64,000 nucleotides of DNA from an archaeon (GTDB lineage: Archaea; Iainarchaeota; Iainarchaeia; Iainarchaeales; JAAZKV01). A model generated the notes under the pieces. The model saw only the letters and a program-made list of their open reading frames with translations. It ran no database searches and was not told where the DNA came from. Positions within the stretch are counted from its first letter, which is position 1. Every line of letters starts with the position of its first letter. The position numbers were made by a program, and so were the translations under genes. The DNA is taken from the NCBI GenBank assembly GCA_041650735.1, contig JBAZKP010000001.1:35076-99075 (forward strand). The letters run 5' to 3'. This document shows positions 1-9,207 of this stretch, piece after piece.

Positions 1-165
1 GGAGCACTTGCTTTGAAAACCAAAAGCATTTCCCAGTCAAGAAAAAAAGATGATATACTGGAAGGAGAGAAAAAAATCCTTGAAAGAGAATTTGAAATAA
101 TCCAGGCAATAAGCTTAGAGCCCTTTGAGAAACATCATTACCTAATCCTAGTAAAGAAAAAATAA
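1..165 (+). CDS. 3' end of a CDS entering from upstream of the window; function unknown
   Basis: Frame 1 is open from base 1 to TAA at 163-165 (..EGEKKILEREFEIIQAISLEPFEKHHYLILVKKK*). K/E-rich composition matches other genes here. Confidence 0.35.
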   Translation, partial: GALALKTKSISQSRKKDDILEGEKKILEREFEIIQAISLEPFEKHHYLILVKKK

Positions 166-245
166 GAAAATCGGCTAATATAAATAGCCCTAATTTTCAC
201 CGATTGGTTAAAAAGAAGTTTTGCGCAAATAAGTACAGTGGTTTC

Positions 246-653
246 ATGAAAGAATGCGTATTATGCAAAATACTAAAAGGAGAGATTTCATCCCACAAGG
301 TGTGGGAAGACAAAGAATTCTTTGCATTCATGGATATTAATCCGATTAATCCTGGCCATGTGCTTCTTGTCCCAAAAAAACATGTTGAGTATGTATTTAA
401 CCTACCTGATGGGGAATACAAAAAAATATTCGAACACGCAAAATTCATTTCCTCTGCAATACAACGCGCAACTAAAACAAAAAGAATAGGAATTGCTATT
501 GAAGGTCTTTCAGTTCCCCATGCGCATATACATTTAGTCCCAATAAATAACCCTAATGACCTTGATCCGTGCAGGGCAAGAAAAGCTGAACATAATGAAT
601 TACAGCAAATGGCTGAAAAAATTATTACGCAAATAGAAAAAACAGGGGCATGA
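246..653 (+). CDS. HIT-family (histidine triad) nucleotide hydrolase/transferase
   Basis: Histidine triad 'VPHAHIHLVP', N-terminal 'CVLCKILKGE', 'INPINPGHVLLVPKKH'. ATG at 246 preferred over the TTG at 204 used by the ORF track. Confidence 0.8.
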   Translation: MKECVLCKILKGEISSHKVWEDKEFFAFMDINPINPGHVLLVPKKHVEYVFNLPDGEYKKIFEHAKFISSAIQRATKTKRIGIAIEGLSVPHAHIHLVPINNPNDLDPCRARKAEHNELQQMAEKIITQIEKTGA

Positions 654-669
654 AAACAAAGGTGATTAA

Positions 670-1230
670 ATGAAAAAAGAAATTACCCGCAAAGCAATTC
701 ACATATTATTCGGCACCCTCTTCCTTGCATTAATTTATTTTGCAGGAACACAAATGAGCACCCTTATCATAGGATTATTCTTAATAGCAGGAACACTAAT
801 CTCAATAGGAATAACACGCGGACACAAATTCCCATTTATAGAAAAAATAGTCGAATGCGTTGAGCGTGAAAATGAAAAACCTTTTCCAGGAAAAGCAGCT
901 GTTTTGTTTTTCATATCAGCAATAATCCTATTAGTCCTGTTCAAAAACAACCCTTCAGTAATAATGGCGGCGCTAAGCGTTCAAGTGTTTGGAGACTCCG
1001 CAGCAGCTCTAATTGGAACAAAATATGGAAAACACAAATTGTACAAGAAAAAAACCTGGGAAGGAAGCATAACCTGCCTGATAGTATCAATAATCTGCAT
1101 AAACATTTTCTTTCCATTACAAATAGCAATAATCGCAGGAATAATAGCAACCCTAGTAGAGATTCTGCCACTGGATGACAACCTATTTGTACCATTAATT
1201 ACTGCAGCAGCCATACGCACGCTAATATAA
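670..1230 (+). CDS. Polytopic membrane protein of the CTP-dependent cytidylyltransferase / polyprenol (dolichol) kinase family
   Basis: Multiple TM segments. Motif 'GDSAAALIGTKYGKHKLYKKKTWEGS' resembles the CdsA/Sec59/phytol-kinase signature. SD-like GGTGA precedes the ATG. Confidence 0.5.
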   Translation: MKKEITRKAIHILFGTLFLALIYFAGTQMSTLIIGLFLIAGTLISIGITRGHKFPFIEKIVECVERENEKPFPGKAAVLFFISAIILLVLFKNNPSVIMAALSVQVFGDSAAALIGTKYGKHKLYKKKTWEGSITCLIVSIICINIFFPLQIAIIAGIIATLVEILPLDDNLFVPLITAAAIRTLI

Positions 1231-1250
1231 AAAAAACCCCATCTCAACAC

Positions 1251-1258
1251 TTTAAAAA
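1251..1258 (+). promoter_or_regulatory. TATA-like box (TTTAAAAA) upstream of tRNA-Arg
   Basis: TTTAAAAA ends 25 nt before the tRNA 5' end at 1283, the spacing expected for an archaeal TATA box. Confidence 0.4.
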
Positions 1259-1282
1259 CTTCGCAAACCAAAAATACTTAGT

Positions 1283-1354
1283 GAGCCTGTAGCCCAATGG
1301 ATAAGGCAACTTTCTCCTAAGAAGTAGATTCGGGTTCGATTCCCGGCAGGCTCG
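1283..1354 (+). tRNA. tRNA-Arg (anticodon CCU)
   Basis: Cloverleaf folded by hand. Acceptor GAGCCTG (1283-1289) pairs with CAGGCTC (1347-1353). T at position 8. D-arm GCCC/AGGC with one mismatch. Anticodon stem ACTTT/GAAGT, loop CT-CCT-AA (anticodon 1316-1318). T-arm TCGGG-TTCGATT-CCCGG. Discriminator G1354. No encoded CCA. GC-rich island in AT-rich DNA. Confidence 0.9.
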
Positions 1355-1381
1355 TGAATTAACAAAATCAAAAAAAGTTGC

Positions 1382-1684
1382 TTATTTTTCATCATGAAGC
1401 TCTTTTGCTTCAATTACCGCAACTATAAGGGACACTATCATTATCCCAACAGAAATAAAATTTCCTATTATTGGCGTCTGAAAATCCTGCCTATTAAAAA
1501 TAACATCAAAAAATGGAATCGCAGCTACCAAAAAAATCAGCACTGAGGCTACTACAGCAGCCTTATCATGAGTTCTCTTTTCCTTTGTAAAAATAACAAA
1601 AACAACAAAAGCAATGAATATCCAAATAACCAATGCTAAATTGCCTGAGAGGCTATCAAAAAAATCAAACATAAGTATATTCAT
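1382..1684 (-). CDS. Small integral membrane protein, unknown function
   Basis: 100-aa ORF with about three hydrophobic helices and no antisense competitor. Confidence 0.5.
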   Translation of the reverse strand: MNILMFDFFDSLSGNLALVIWIFIAFVVFVIFTKEKRTHDKAAVVASVLIFLVAAIPFFDVIFNRQDFQTPIIGNFISVGIMIVSLIVAVIEAKELHDEK

Positions 1685-1760
1685 CTAAAACAGTATTTAT
1701 ACTTTATTAAAACTCTTTTCCAAACAACACTTTTAAATACAACAAACCTTTATTCTAATT

Positions 1761-1976
1761 ATGAATAAAGAAATTGCTCTAAAAATAATACTAGGATTAT
1801 CCTTGGCAGGAATGCTTTTTTCAGGTTACCTGTCTTATGGAGAACTAACAGCAGGAACATGCCCTGTAAGCGGAGGGTGCTCATTACTGTTCGGTATTCC
1901 AGCCTGTGTTTATGGTTTCGTAATGTACACAGCAGTAATGATAATCAGTATTATTGGACTAAAACAAAAAAAGTAA
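1761..1976 (+). CDS. 71-aa two-TM protein resembling the N-terminal part of VKOR-family proteins (loop cysteines, no CxxC helix)
   Basis: 'LSLAGMLFSGYLSYGEL..GTCPVSGGCSLLFGIPACVYGFVMY' parallels VKOR TM1, the Cys-x-Cys loop and the 'GIP' TM2. The ORF stops after TM2. Confidence 0.4.
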   Translation: MNKEIALKIILGLSLAGMLFSGYLSYGELTAGTCPVSGGCSLLFGIPACVYGFVMYTAVMIISIIGLKQKK

Positions 1977-1998
1977 TTCTACCTATTAAAAAAAGTTT

Positions 1999-2880
1999 TT
2001 ACGATTTAGTTAGTTTTACTTTTGAAACAAAATATTTTGCCTGCTGAATCATTTTCTGAGCATGCTTTTCAGGTTCAGCTCCGGTACTCATCTCCAGATT
2101 AATGAACTTAAGATTAGGCGAAGCACTGATAACCCGGTTAGTCAAATCAATTATTTTATCACTAACTTTGTCCCCTTTTAAAAATGGTTTATGATAATCA
2201 TCAAAGCCATTTTGTTTATCAAACAAAGGAACATTTACATGGAGCTGAAAAGTTTTTTCTCCAACAGCACCAAGTATCTCATCAAAGTAATCCTCAATGC
2301 TTCCCCTATACAATCCTTCACGTTTTTTTGTCATCCCCGAAACAAAATTATGGGAAATATCAAACAAAAAACCTGAATTTGTTTCAGACAAAACACTATC
2401 TATAAAAACAAAGCTTGTAGAGAAAAAAAGACTTTTATTAGTTGAATTAAAAGAAAACCTTTTGTTATAAACAGATGACTCAAAAATAATTTTCTTATCA
2501 ATAATTTTTTCCAATCTATTAAGGTTCCTAATTGTATGCCTAAGTATCATGCTCTGATTATACTTAGGGTTATCAGCAGCTGAATAACCTGAGTGAAAAC
2601 CAACTGTTTCAGGGTCAGATGCATTACAACAATTTATTATTTGTTTTTCGTTCAAAAGCTTTGGAACAAACCCTAAATCATCAAGACCAAGCCGATAAAA
2701 TCTCAGTGGATTATGCAAACTTGCTTTCAATCCTGATTCCTGAATAGGAAAAAACTCTTTCCCAGTGCCAGAGGTTTCAACTCCATCAACAATTCCTGAT
2801 TTTTTCAGCAAACCAAGCGCTTTCCTGTTTGAAGTCAGGCCAGAACACCATGAAACATACAAATCAACCAAATTAAGCAC
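1999..2880 (-). CDS. DUF692/MbnB-like (xylose-isomerase-like TIM barrel) metalloenzyme candidate
   Basis: Ordered motif parallels to DUF692: 'IIFESSVY' (cf LLENpssY), 'GFLFDISHNFVSG' (cf LLLDvNNvyVsA), 'FQLHVNVP..DDYHKPF' (cf vQiHLAGH..IDtHdgPV), 'INLEMS' (cf LIEWD). Confidence 0.4.
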   Translation of the reverse strand: MLNLVDLYVSWCSGLTSNRKALGLLKKSGIVDGVETSGTGKEFFPIQESGLKASLHNPLRFYRLGLDDLGFVPKLLNEKQIINCCNASDPETVGFHSGYSAADNPKYNQSMILRHTIRNLNRLEKIIDKKIIFESSVYNKRFSFNSTNKSLFFSTSFVFIDSVLSETNSGFLFDISHNFVSGMTKKREGLYRGSIEDYFDEILGAVGEKTFQLHVNVPLFDKQNGFDDYHKPFLKGDKVSDKIIDLTNRVISASPNLKFINLEMSTGAEPEKHAQKMIQQAKYFVSKVKLTKS

Positions 2881-2993
2881 CTCGCATAAAAAACTTTTTC
2901 TGAGAGTAATAAAACAAACAGCTATTTAAACAAAACTGTTAAAAGAAAAACCAAATTTAAATAAAATCTTATTTTTTATTAATGCATTTGGAT

Positions 2994-4079
2994 TTATTTC
3001 AGCAAGCTTTTTCCTTTTTGCATTATTTTCCTGCCATCAACAATCACCGTTGGTTTTGTAATTATTGAATCATTATGTTGGTCGCTTTTCCATCTTGCTT
3101 TAGTATCACCAGAAAGAGGATCGCCAAAAGCAATATGGATACCAGGAATCTTTTCATCAATCAAAATAGAACCATGCTCTTTTTTTATTCCCACATTTGT
3201 CCCAAAACCAAGTTCACCAATCCTTGAAGAATTCTTATCCTTTAAAAGTTGTTGAATAAATTTTTGCTTTATTTTCAAATTAGTACACTTAACACTGGAC
3301 AAAATTGCTCTCCCATTTTTTACAAGAACAGTTATTGGATTATTTGCTAAATTCCCCAACCCAAATGAAAATCCATCAATAACAATACGCCCATTAACAC
3401 TCATAGGAGCAGTAAAAACTTCTCCCGCGGGCAAATTACCCCAATAATTTTTACTTAAAATACCATTATCCTTAGCCCACTTAATCCTAGGACTTAAAAT
3501 AAAAACAACATTAGTTCCATTGGAAGTAGAAACCTTTATCTCTCTTGAACCTTGTAGAGCCTCAAAAGTTTTTCCAGTAAATTTTCGCATATTAATCAAG
3601 CTTAAAGAATCAAGCGTGAGAACCCTTCTCATACGTGTATTATTCATCCCATAAATATCGGCAAATCTGGTTCCGCGGAAAGTTTTCCTTCTATCTTCAG
3701 CAGATTTAATTAAAAAATTGTGTAAATCTTCATATTTTTGCTTCATATCACTAGCCAAAAAAACAACTGCCTCAGCCCTAGCAGGTTTTCTTAAGGATTT
3801 TAAATAACCTTTTCCAGAAACAGAATCAGAACCAATTAAACCAAGAGCCTGTGTTTTAACTCTTTTTTTCCTAAACTCTTTCTCAAGAGCCCTACCAAGA
3901 ACAGCATTTTGTTTATCATAAAAAACAGTTGCAGTCTTAACTTTTTTTCCATGGGAATGAGAAGTTGTTAAGTGTTTTACAATCCTATTAGCTGCAAACA
4001 TATTGGGACGCACTAATGCAATCTTTCTTTGTTTTGCACGCAATCTGCTAGCTAAAACCCTTCTGCTTGCTAAACCCAT
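2994..4079 (-). CDS. M29-family aminopeptidase (AmpS/PepS-like)
   Basis: C-terminal signature 'IGELGFGTN..IDEKIPGIHIAFGDP' is typical of thermophilic metalloprotease M29. Confidence 0.55.
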   Translation of the reverse strand: MGLASRRVLASRLRAKQRKIALVRPNMFAANRIVKHLTTSHSHGKKVKTATVFYDKQNAVLGRALEKEFRKKRVKTQALGLIGSDSVSGKGYLKSLRKPARAEAVVFLASDMKQKYEDLHNFLIKSAEDRRKTFRGTRFADIYGMNNTRMRRVLTLDSLSLINMRKFTGKTFEALQGSREIKVSTSNGTNVVFILSPRIKWAKDNGILSKNYWGNLPAGEVFTAPMSVNGRIVIDGFSFGLGNLANNPITVLVKNGRAILSSVKCTNLKIKQKFIQQLLKDKNSSRIGELGFGTNVGIKKEHGSILIDEKIPGIHIAFGDPLSGDTKARWKSDQHNDSIITKPTVIVDGRKIMQKGKSLLK

Positions 4080-4132
4080 AAATAAATACTATTACAGAAT
4101 TATATAAATCTGCCTTAACTAAATTAACTTAA

Positions 4133-4456
4133 TCAAAATTTATATAAAAATTTTTTCAAATCTATTTTTCCTTTATTTGAAACAATAATACCTTCTTTGC
4201 GAAGCAGATTTATTTTTCTTTTTGTTCCTTGTACATACCCCCCAACAAAACCATTGCTACGCACCACCCTGTGGCAGGGCACCAAAATAATATTTTCATT
4301 TTTATTAAGCGCATTCCCCACAGCACGCATTGATTTTGGAGAATTAATTGCTTTTGCTATTTCAGAATAAGTAGTTACTTTGCCTCGGGGTATTTTTTTG
4401 CATGCACCCAAAACCTTTTTGCTAAAAGAAACCACAGAATCACCAAAACAATTCAT
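4133..4456 (-). CDS. ogt: Methylated-DNA-protein-cysteine methyltransferase, single-domain (C-terminal DNA-binding/active-site domain only)
   Basis: Active-site 'VPCHRVV' preceded by 'IPRGKVTTYSEIA' and 'RAVGNALNKN'. Confidence 0.8.
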   Translation of the reverse strand: MNCFGDSVVSFSKKVLGACKKIPRGKVTTYSEIAKAINSPKSMRAVGNALNKNENIILVPCHRVVRSNGFVGGYVQGTKRKINLLRKEGIIVSNKGKIDLKKFLYKF

Positions 4457-4517
4457 TTTAGTAAAAAAGGTATTAATGACGAAACCATTATTAACTCGTT
4501 TGAGTTAATAATATTGT

Positions 4518-5234
4518 ATGGATAAATTGGCGATGACTATTGCTGGAGAAATCACTCTCTCATCTGACCCTGGCGGCTCAATGAAAAAATGGAGGGAAAT
4601 ATTTGGAATTCACCAAACAGAACTTGCTACATTTTTGAAGGTTTCCTCTTCCACAATCTCTGATTATGAAGGAGGAAGAAGAAAAAATCCAGGAATAGGA
4701 GTAATAGCAAGGCTTGTTAATGCACTAATAAATATAGATAAAAGCAAAGGCGGGAAAACAGTGAAACAACTGGAAAAAGATTTTTCCCAAGACCAGGAAA
4801 GCGCTTTTGATTCACACGAATTCACTTCAGGGATAAAAGCAACAGAAATAGTAAAAAAAATAAACGGAGAAGTTATTTGCCTACCTCACAAAATAAAAGA
4901 AGAAACTGTTTTTGGTTACACAATAATTGATTCAATAAAAGTAATACTTGAAGTGCCGGTACATGAATACATGATGCTTTACGGGAAAACACCAAACAGA
5001 GCACTTGTTTTCAGGCACGTTGAAAATGGAAGAAGCCCTCTTATTGCAGTAAAAGTAGGCAGATTCTCAACAGACATGAAGCCAAGCATGATTATTTTGC
5101 ATGGAGCATTTACCGCAGAAAAACCGGTTGACCCAATAGCAATAAAAATAGCTGAAAGCGAAAAAATCCCTTTAGTAACAACAAACATACCAATAGAAGA
5201 TTTAATGAAAGCACTAGCAGAATTTGAAAAATAA
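4518..5234 (+). CDS. XRE-type HTH protein with uncharacterised C-terminal domain (archaeal predicted regulator)
   Basis: HTH 'IHQTELATFLKVSSSTISDYEGGRRKNP' followed by about 150 aa of unknown domain. Confidence 0.45.
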   Translation: MDKLAMTIAGEITLSSDPGGSMKKWREIFGIHQTELATFLKVSSSTISDYEGGRRKNPGIGVIARLVNALINIDKSKGGKTVKQLEKDFSQDQESAFDSHEFTSGIKATEIVKKINGEVICLPHKIKEETVFGYTIIDSIKVILEVPVHEYMMLYGKTPNRALVFRHVENGRSPLIAVKVGRFSTDMKPSMIILHGAFTAEKPVDPIAIKIAESEKIPLVTTNIPIEDLMKALAEFEK

Positions 5235-5251
5235 AAAATATTAATGCAAAA

Positions 5252-5950
5252 CTATTTTTTTATGCAGTAAGTGAATCTGAATCTTTGTTTCCTGTCATCC
5301 TCCTCACCAATAAGTTTTTTTGATGCAATTATTTTTGTTTTATATAATTTTGAAAGCTTTCTGGCAACTTTTCCCGCACCTTTGTTTGAGCCAATCCATA
5401 AATCATAACCATTTTTTCCCTTCAAAATTTTTATTGCCGCACTCAAAGAATCTTTTTCCTTTTCACTAGCAATTAACTGTTTTGTTACCTCAAGCATAGC
5501 ATCCACATTGCTTGAATCACTTGATCTTAGCTGAATAATTGCTTCACGGTAATTTGAAACAAGCTTCATGCAAGAATCACAAGAAACTTTTTGCAAAGAA
5601 AACTCAGTTGTTTTTGTCTGCTCAACAAGCGTTCCTTCAAGAAAACCCGTAACAGTAATCCTTACAGAAAAATCAATGTTTGTAATAGGCTCTAACTCAA
5701 CAAACACTTTTGGCTGGTCAAGATCATGATTCATTTTGACTTTAGAAGTAACTTCTTCAACAATAGCCTCCTTGCTTAAGCCCTGCCATTTTCCTTTAAA
5801 ATGAATTTTTCCACACTTAACACAGCGCTCAATATTAATTTCTTTTACAGTAAACAAATCATTCCTCTTAAGGAAACAATCAGAACACATTCCTTTGATT
5901 ATTGAGTCAGTTGTTTTTCCGCATTTTGGGCAAAATTTTTCAAAACTCAT
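5252..5950 (-). CDS. NMD3-family protein (archaeal large-subunit biogenesis factor homologue)
   Basis: N-terminal paired zinc knuckles 'CPKCGK..CSDC' and 'CVKCGK', a later 'CDSC', and the size typical of archaeal NMD3-like proteins. Confidence 0.5.
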   Translation of the reverse strand: MSFEKFCPKCGKTTDSIIKGMCSDCFLKRNDLFTVKEINIERCVKCGKIHFKGKWQGLSKEAIVEEVTSKVKMNHDLDQPKVFVELEPITNIDFSVRITVTGFLEGTLVEQTKTTEFSLQKVSCDSCMKLVSNYREAIIQLRSSDSSNVDAMLEVTKQLIASEKEKDSLSAAIKILKGKNGYDLWIGSNKGAGKVARKLSKLYKTKIIASKKLIGEEDDRKQRFRFTYCIKK

Positions 5951-6017
5951 TCAAACCACTCAAACAAAAAAACTAATTCTTTAAGAATAAGATACTATAA
6001 AGAAATAAAGGTTTTGT

Positions 6018-7304
6018 TTAACTGAATTCAATTTTTTTGCCTGTTTGCAAAGCAGAAGCCCTGATTCCTAATTCTTCATAAATTTTATTTGAAAAAATAC
6101 TCATTGCTTCTTTATCCCCATGAACGAGGAAAATTTCTTTAGGAGACCATTTTTTTAAAGCATGAATCATTTCACTCTGACTCGGGTGAGCAGAAAAATC
6201 AAATTTCTCGTAACGACAACCAACCTTAACAATTTCCCCAGTTTTTTCTTTAGGCAACTTTCCTTCCTGAATAAGCATTCTTCCAGGAGTGCCTTCGGCC
6301 TGGAAACTTGTTAAATGAATCTTACTCATAGGATCATTAACTATTTTCGCAACATAATTAATAACAGGCCCTCCTTTCATCATTCCGGAGGTAGTCACAA
6401 TAATACCGGGCTGTTTCATTGCCTTGGCCCTATCTTGTTTTCCTTCAATCCAATTAGCTTCATTCAATGCTTTCCTGAATCCTTTTGAATCCTTAATCAA
6501 ATCAGGATGATTCAAATATACTTCAGAAACTTTTTTACCCATCCCATCAAGATAAATAGGAGCATCAAGATTATACTTTGACAAAATATCAATTATTTCC
6601 TGGCTCCTACCAATAGCAAGAACAGGAACAATTGCCCAGCCACCACGCTCAACAGTGCTCTGCACTGATTCACAAAAAGCCTTTTCTTCAAGCTTCCTGT
6701 CAGCCTGTTCCCTGTCCCCATAAGTTGATTCAATCATCACATAATCAATTTTGCCAACATCAAGATTAGCACCTAAATGTAACTGGGTCTCACTAACCTT
6801 GAAGTCACCGGTGTACAAAAAATTTTTATCACCATGAGTGAGCTTTACCAAAGCAGAGCCAAGAATATGACCAGCATCAAAAAATTCCAGCGAAGTATTG
6901 TGCCCAATACTTAATTGCTTATTATAAGGGGCAATAAAATTATACCTATGAGTACGCTCAATCTCTTGTTTTGAATACTTAGGGGCAAGCCCTTCAAATT
7001 CAGCTATTTTTATTGAATCCTTCCACAAAATATCAGCAAGCTCAAGAGTTGATTGGGTCATGAAACTCAAGCAGTCGGAGTTCTTGTAAAAATAAGGCAA
7101 TAATCCTGAATGATCCAAATGAGCATGAGAAATAATAGCTGCTTTTACGTGTTCCTTTATTTCCAAAGGATACTCAATGTCATCAATATTAAGTTTTATT
7201 CCATAATCCAAAAGGAATTTTTCCCCAAAATCAAGCACAAAAGCACTCCTTCCAACCTCTCCGCAAGCACCATGACCAGTTAAGGAAAAACTTGTTTCTA
7301 CCAT
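6018..7304 (-). CDS. Beta-CASP metallo-beta-lactamase RNase (aCPSF2-type, no KH domains)
   Basis: 'ISHAHLDHSG' (HxHxDH), 'DAGHILGS', 'ESTYGD', C-terminal 'FSAHPSQSE' and 'LVHGD' beta-CASP motifs. Confidence 0.8.
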   Translation of the reverse strand: MVETSFSLTGHGACGEVGRSAFVLDFGEKFLLDYGIKLNIDDIEYPLEIKEHVKAAIISHAHLDHSGLLPYFYKNSDCLSFMTQSTLELADILWKDSIKIAEFEGLAPKYSKQEIERTHRYNFIAPYNKQLSIGHNTSLEFFDAGHILGSALVKLTHGDKNFLYTGDFKVSETQLHLGANLDVGKIDYVMIESTYGDREQADRKLEEKAFCESVQSTVERGGWAIVPVLAIGRSQEIIDILSKYNLDAPIYLDGMGKKVSEVYLNHPDLIKDSKGFRKALNEANWIEGKQDRAKAMKQPGIIVTTSGMMKGGPVINYVAKIVNDPMSKIHLTSFQAEGTPGRMLIQEGKLPKEKTGEIVKVGCRYEKFDFSAHPSQSEMIHALKKWSPKEIFLVHGDKEAMSIFSNKIYEELGIRASALQTGKKIEFS

Positions 7305-7400
7305 TAAATCAACTTCTCAACACAATTACAATTCAAGAAAAGGCACTAAAAAAACCATCACATTTCTTGTCTCTGTCAAACTAATAAAGAAAGAACTTAT

Positions 7401-7997
7401 TTAAATGCTTTTTGCCCACCGTTTCCTGCTTTTGGCTCGGAGAGGCAAAACAACCTTATCCTTTGATGAAAAAATAATTGAAAGCAAAAAAGGGAGAATA
7501 ATTGTTGAAGCAAGAGCAAACGACATTGAATAAAAAAGAAAGCCCTCAAAAACAAAAGGATGCATTCCTAAAAAATAATCAATAAAATCGTTTACTATAA
7601 ACCAGAGAAAGGCAAGAAGTACATGCTTTACTTTGAAAGCAAACAAACCTGCTAAAACAATTGTTTCAATTACAAGCAAAATATGGCTTAAAACAAAAAA
7701 CCATTGTGCCCCAGCTAAACCTGCTATTGTTAAAACAAAAATAGTCCATAAGCCATACTTAAAATTCCCCACAATTGAAATAAAAGAAAGCGCTTCACTT
7801 GGCTTATCAATTAAAAAAAGAAAAATATTTATCCCGAAAAGAATTGCATACAAAGGGCAGTCAATAATAAACAGCCAAAAAAACCAGTGGCTTTGTTCAA
7901 GCTGGGAAAAATAATAACTAATAGAATATATTCCTGCACAAAAATTTATTATTAAAAGAAAAACTAGAAACAATTTGTTTCTAAATAACTCAAACAA
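7401..7997 (-). CDS. Polytopic membrane protein (possibly DUF1405-like)
   Basis: 198 aa, five or six TM helices. The family guess rests only on size and topology. Confidence 0.4.
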   Translation of the reverse strand: MFELFRNKLFLVFLLIINFCAGIYSISYYFSQLEQSHWFFWLFIIDCPLYAILFGINIFLFLIDKPSEALSFISIVGNFKYGLWTIFVLTIAGLAGAQWFFVLSHILLVIETIVLAGLFAFKVKHVLLAFLWFIVNDFIDYFLGMHPFVFEGFLFYSMSFALASTIILPFLLSIIFSSKDKVVLPLRAKSRKRWAKSI

Positions 7998-8026
7998 TAA
8001 ATCACCTGCAAAAATAAAACAATAAA

Positions 8027-8066
8027 TAAAAAAAGAAAAAAAGTCAAAAAGTTTTCACTTTTTGAC
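8027..8066 (-). terminator. Hairpin plus T-tract downstream of the thioredoxin-fold gene
   Basis: Perfect 9-bp stem GTCAAAAAG/CTTTTTGAC (8043-8066), 6-nt loop. On the minus strand it is followed by a long T-run (plus-strand A-run about 8027-8042). Confidence 0.5.
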
Positions 8067-8086
8067 CCTCATATTAAACTGATTAA

Positions 8087-9130
8087 TTAACAGCTTCCGC
8101 CTGTAGATGCCGTTGAACCACTCAAAGTAGTAGAACACTCACTTGGAGCATTATTAAATGAAGTACAAATTGCCTGCTTATATGCTTCTGAATTACCATA
8201 CTGATAAACAGCACTACTTTTTACTCCATTAATTATTAATGTTGGCGAACCGCTGGCACCAGCAGCATCAGAAGCTTCCCCAGTTGCTTTCATTAAAGCA
8301 ACTCCTTCTGAAGCAACACAAGCACTGATTTTTTCTGTATCAATACCAAGAGCTTTTGCCCCTGTTTCCCAGCAAGAACCATCGCTTCCGCAATTTGTAT
8401 TTACATAAGCGGCAAATTCAAACCAATTATTCAAATCATAGTTCTTCAAAACACATGCTTCTCTCTCATTTTGAGCAACTTCAGGAGCACCATGCAATGA
8501 CTGCACATTATTCCCATCAACGCTAACAATATAATGCACATTGAATTGAGCTTTATCCTTCAACAAAGCATAAACAGGCTTCATAGTATCTTCTGCCTGA
8601 TTCCCATAAGGACAAAAACTCATTACATACAAATCAACAACCGGCTTATCTGATTTAACCGGCTGAGTTTCCACAGGAGTTTGTGTCTCAGGTTTAGGCA
8701 AAGGAGTATTCAAATCAAACACATTGCCAATAATTAATTTATCCTTATTAGCATAAAGTACCCCAGCCTGAACTTTTTGCCCATTCTGGGTTAGTTCAAA
8801 TGATAATACATACAAATTATTGCCAATTTCATTAATATCAATTATTTTTGCCGAAACAGTTTCATCATTCAACAAATTCTCATTTATATAGTCCTGTACA
8901 GTGCTCATCAAAGCTATCTTATCAACCGTAACAGTAACTGCCCCTGTTTGAGGAGTAGAATTCTGACTAACTGACATTCCTGCAAAAGTAGATACCATTG
9001 CTGTACAAATAACTAGTACCGCTAAAAGCACAATAGTTTTTACTTCAAACCCAAGAATCTTTTTCTCCTTAGGCTTGTGTTCAGCATTGTGCTCATGATG
9101 AACATTTTTCTCATTATGATGCTTACTCAT
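8087..9130 (-). CDS. Membrane-anchored extracytoplasmic thioredoxin-fold protein (GILT/DsbA-like) with CPYG in place of CxxC and a His-rich N-terminus
   Basis: N-terminal 'HHNEKNVHHEHNAEH', one TM, T/P/Q linker. Then 'DLYVMSFCPYGNQAE..HGAPEVAQNEREACV..SPTLIINGV' in GILT/DsbA-like order. Several additional Cys, C-terminal 'GGSC'. Confidence 0.5.
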   Translation of the reverse strand: MSKHHNEKNVHHEHNAEHKPKEKKILGFEVKTIVLLAVLVICTAMVSTFAGMSVSQNSTPQTGAVTVTVDKIALMSTVQDYINENLLNDETVSAKIIDINEIGNNLYVLSFELTQNGQKVQAGVLYANKDKLIIGNVFDLNTPLPKPETQTPVETQPVKSDKPVVDLYVMSFCPYGNQAEDTMKPVYALLKDKAQFNVHYIVSVDGNNVQSLHGAPEVAQNEREACVLKNYDLNNWFEFAAYVNTNCGSDGSCWETGAKALGIDTEKISACVASEGVALMKATGEASDAAGASGSPTLIINGVKSSAVYQYGNSEAYKQAICTSFNNAPSECSTTLSGSTASTGGSC

Positions 9131-9207
9131 ATATTAAAACCCCCAATCCCTTAATATTTAAAAAAAACAACAAAATACTAATTAAAAACCCATCTATAGG
9201 AAAAAAA

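Noticed and set aside
246-653. The two HIT-family genes (246-653 and 46054-46482) as a recent duplication
   Set aside because: The proteins share only the family motifs (CxxC-like N-terminus, HxHxH) and differ throughout. They look like distinct paralogues, not a repeat.
1761-1976. The 71-aa Cys-containing ORF as a RiPP precursor for the adjacent DUF692-like enzyme
   Set aside because: The ORF is dominated by two hydrophobic helices and resembles the VKOR N-terminus. It is convergent to the enzyme gene, not co-transcribed. I see no leader/core organisation.
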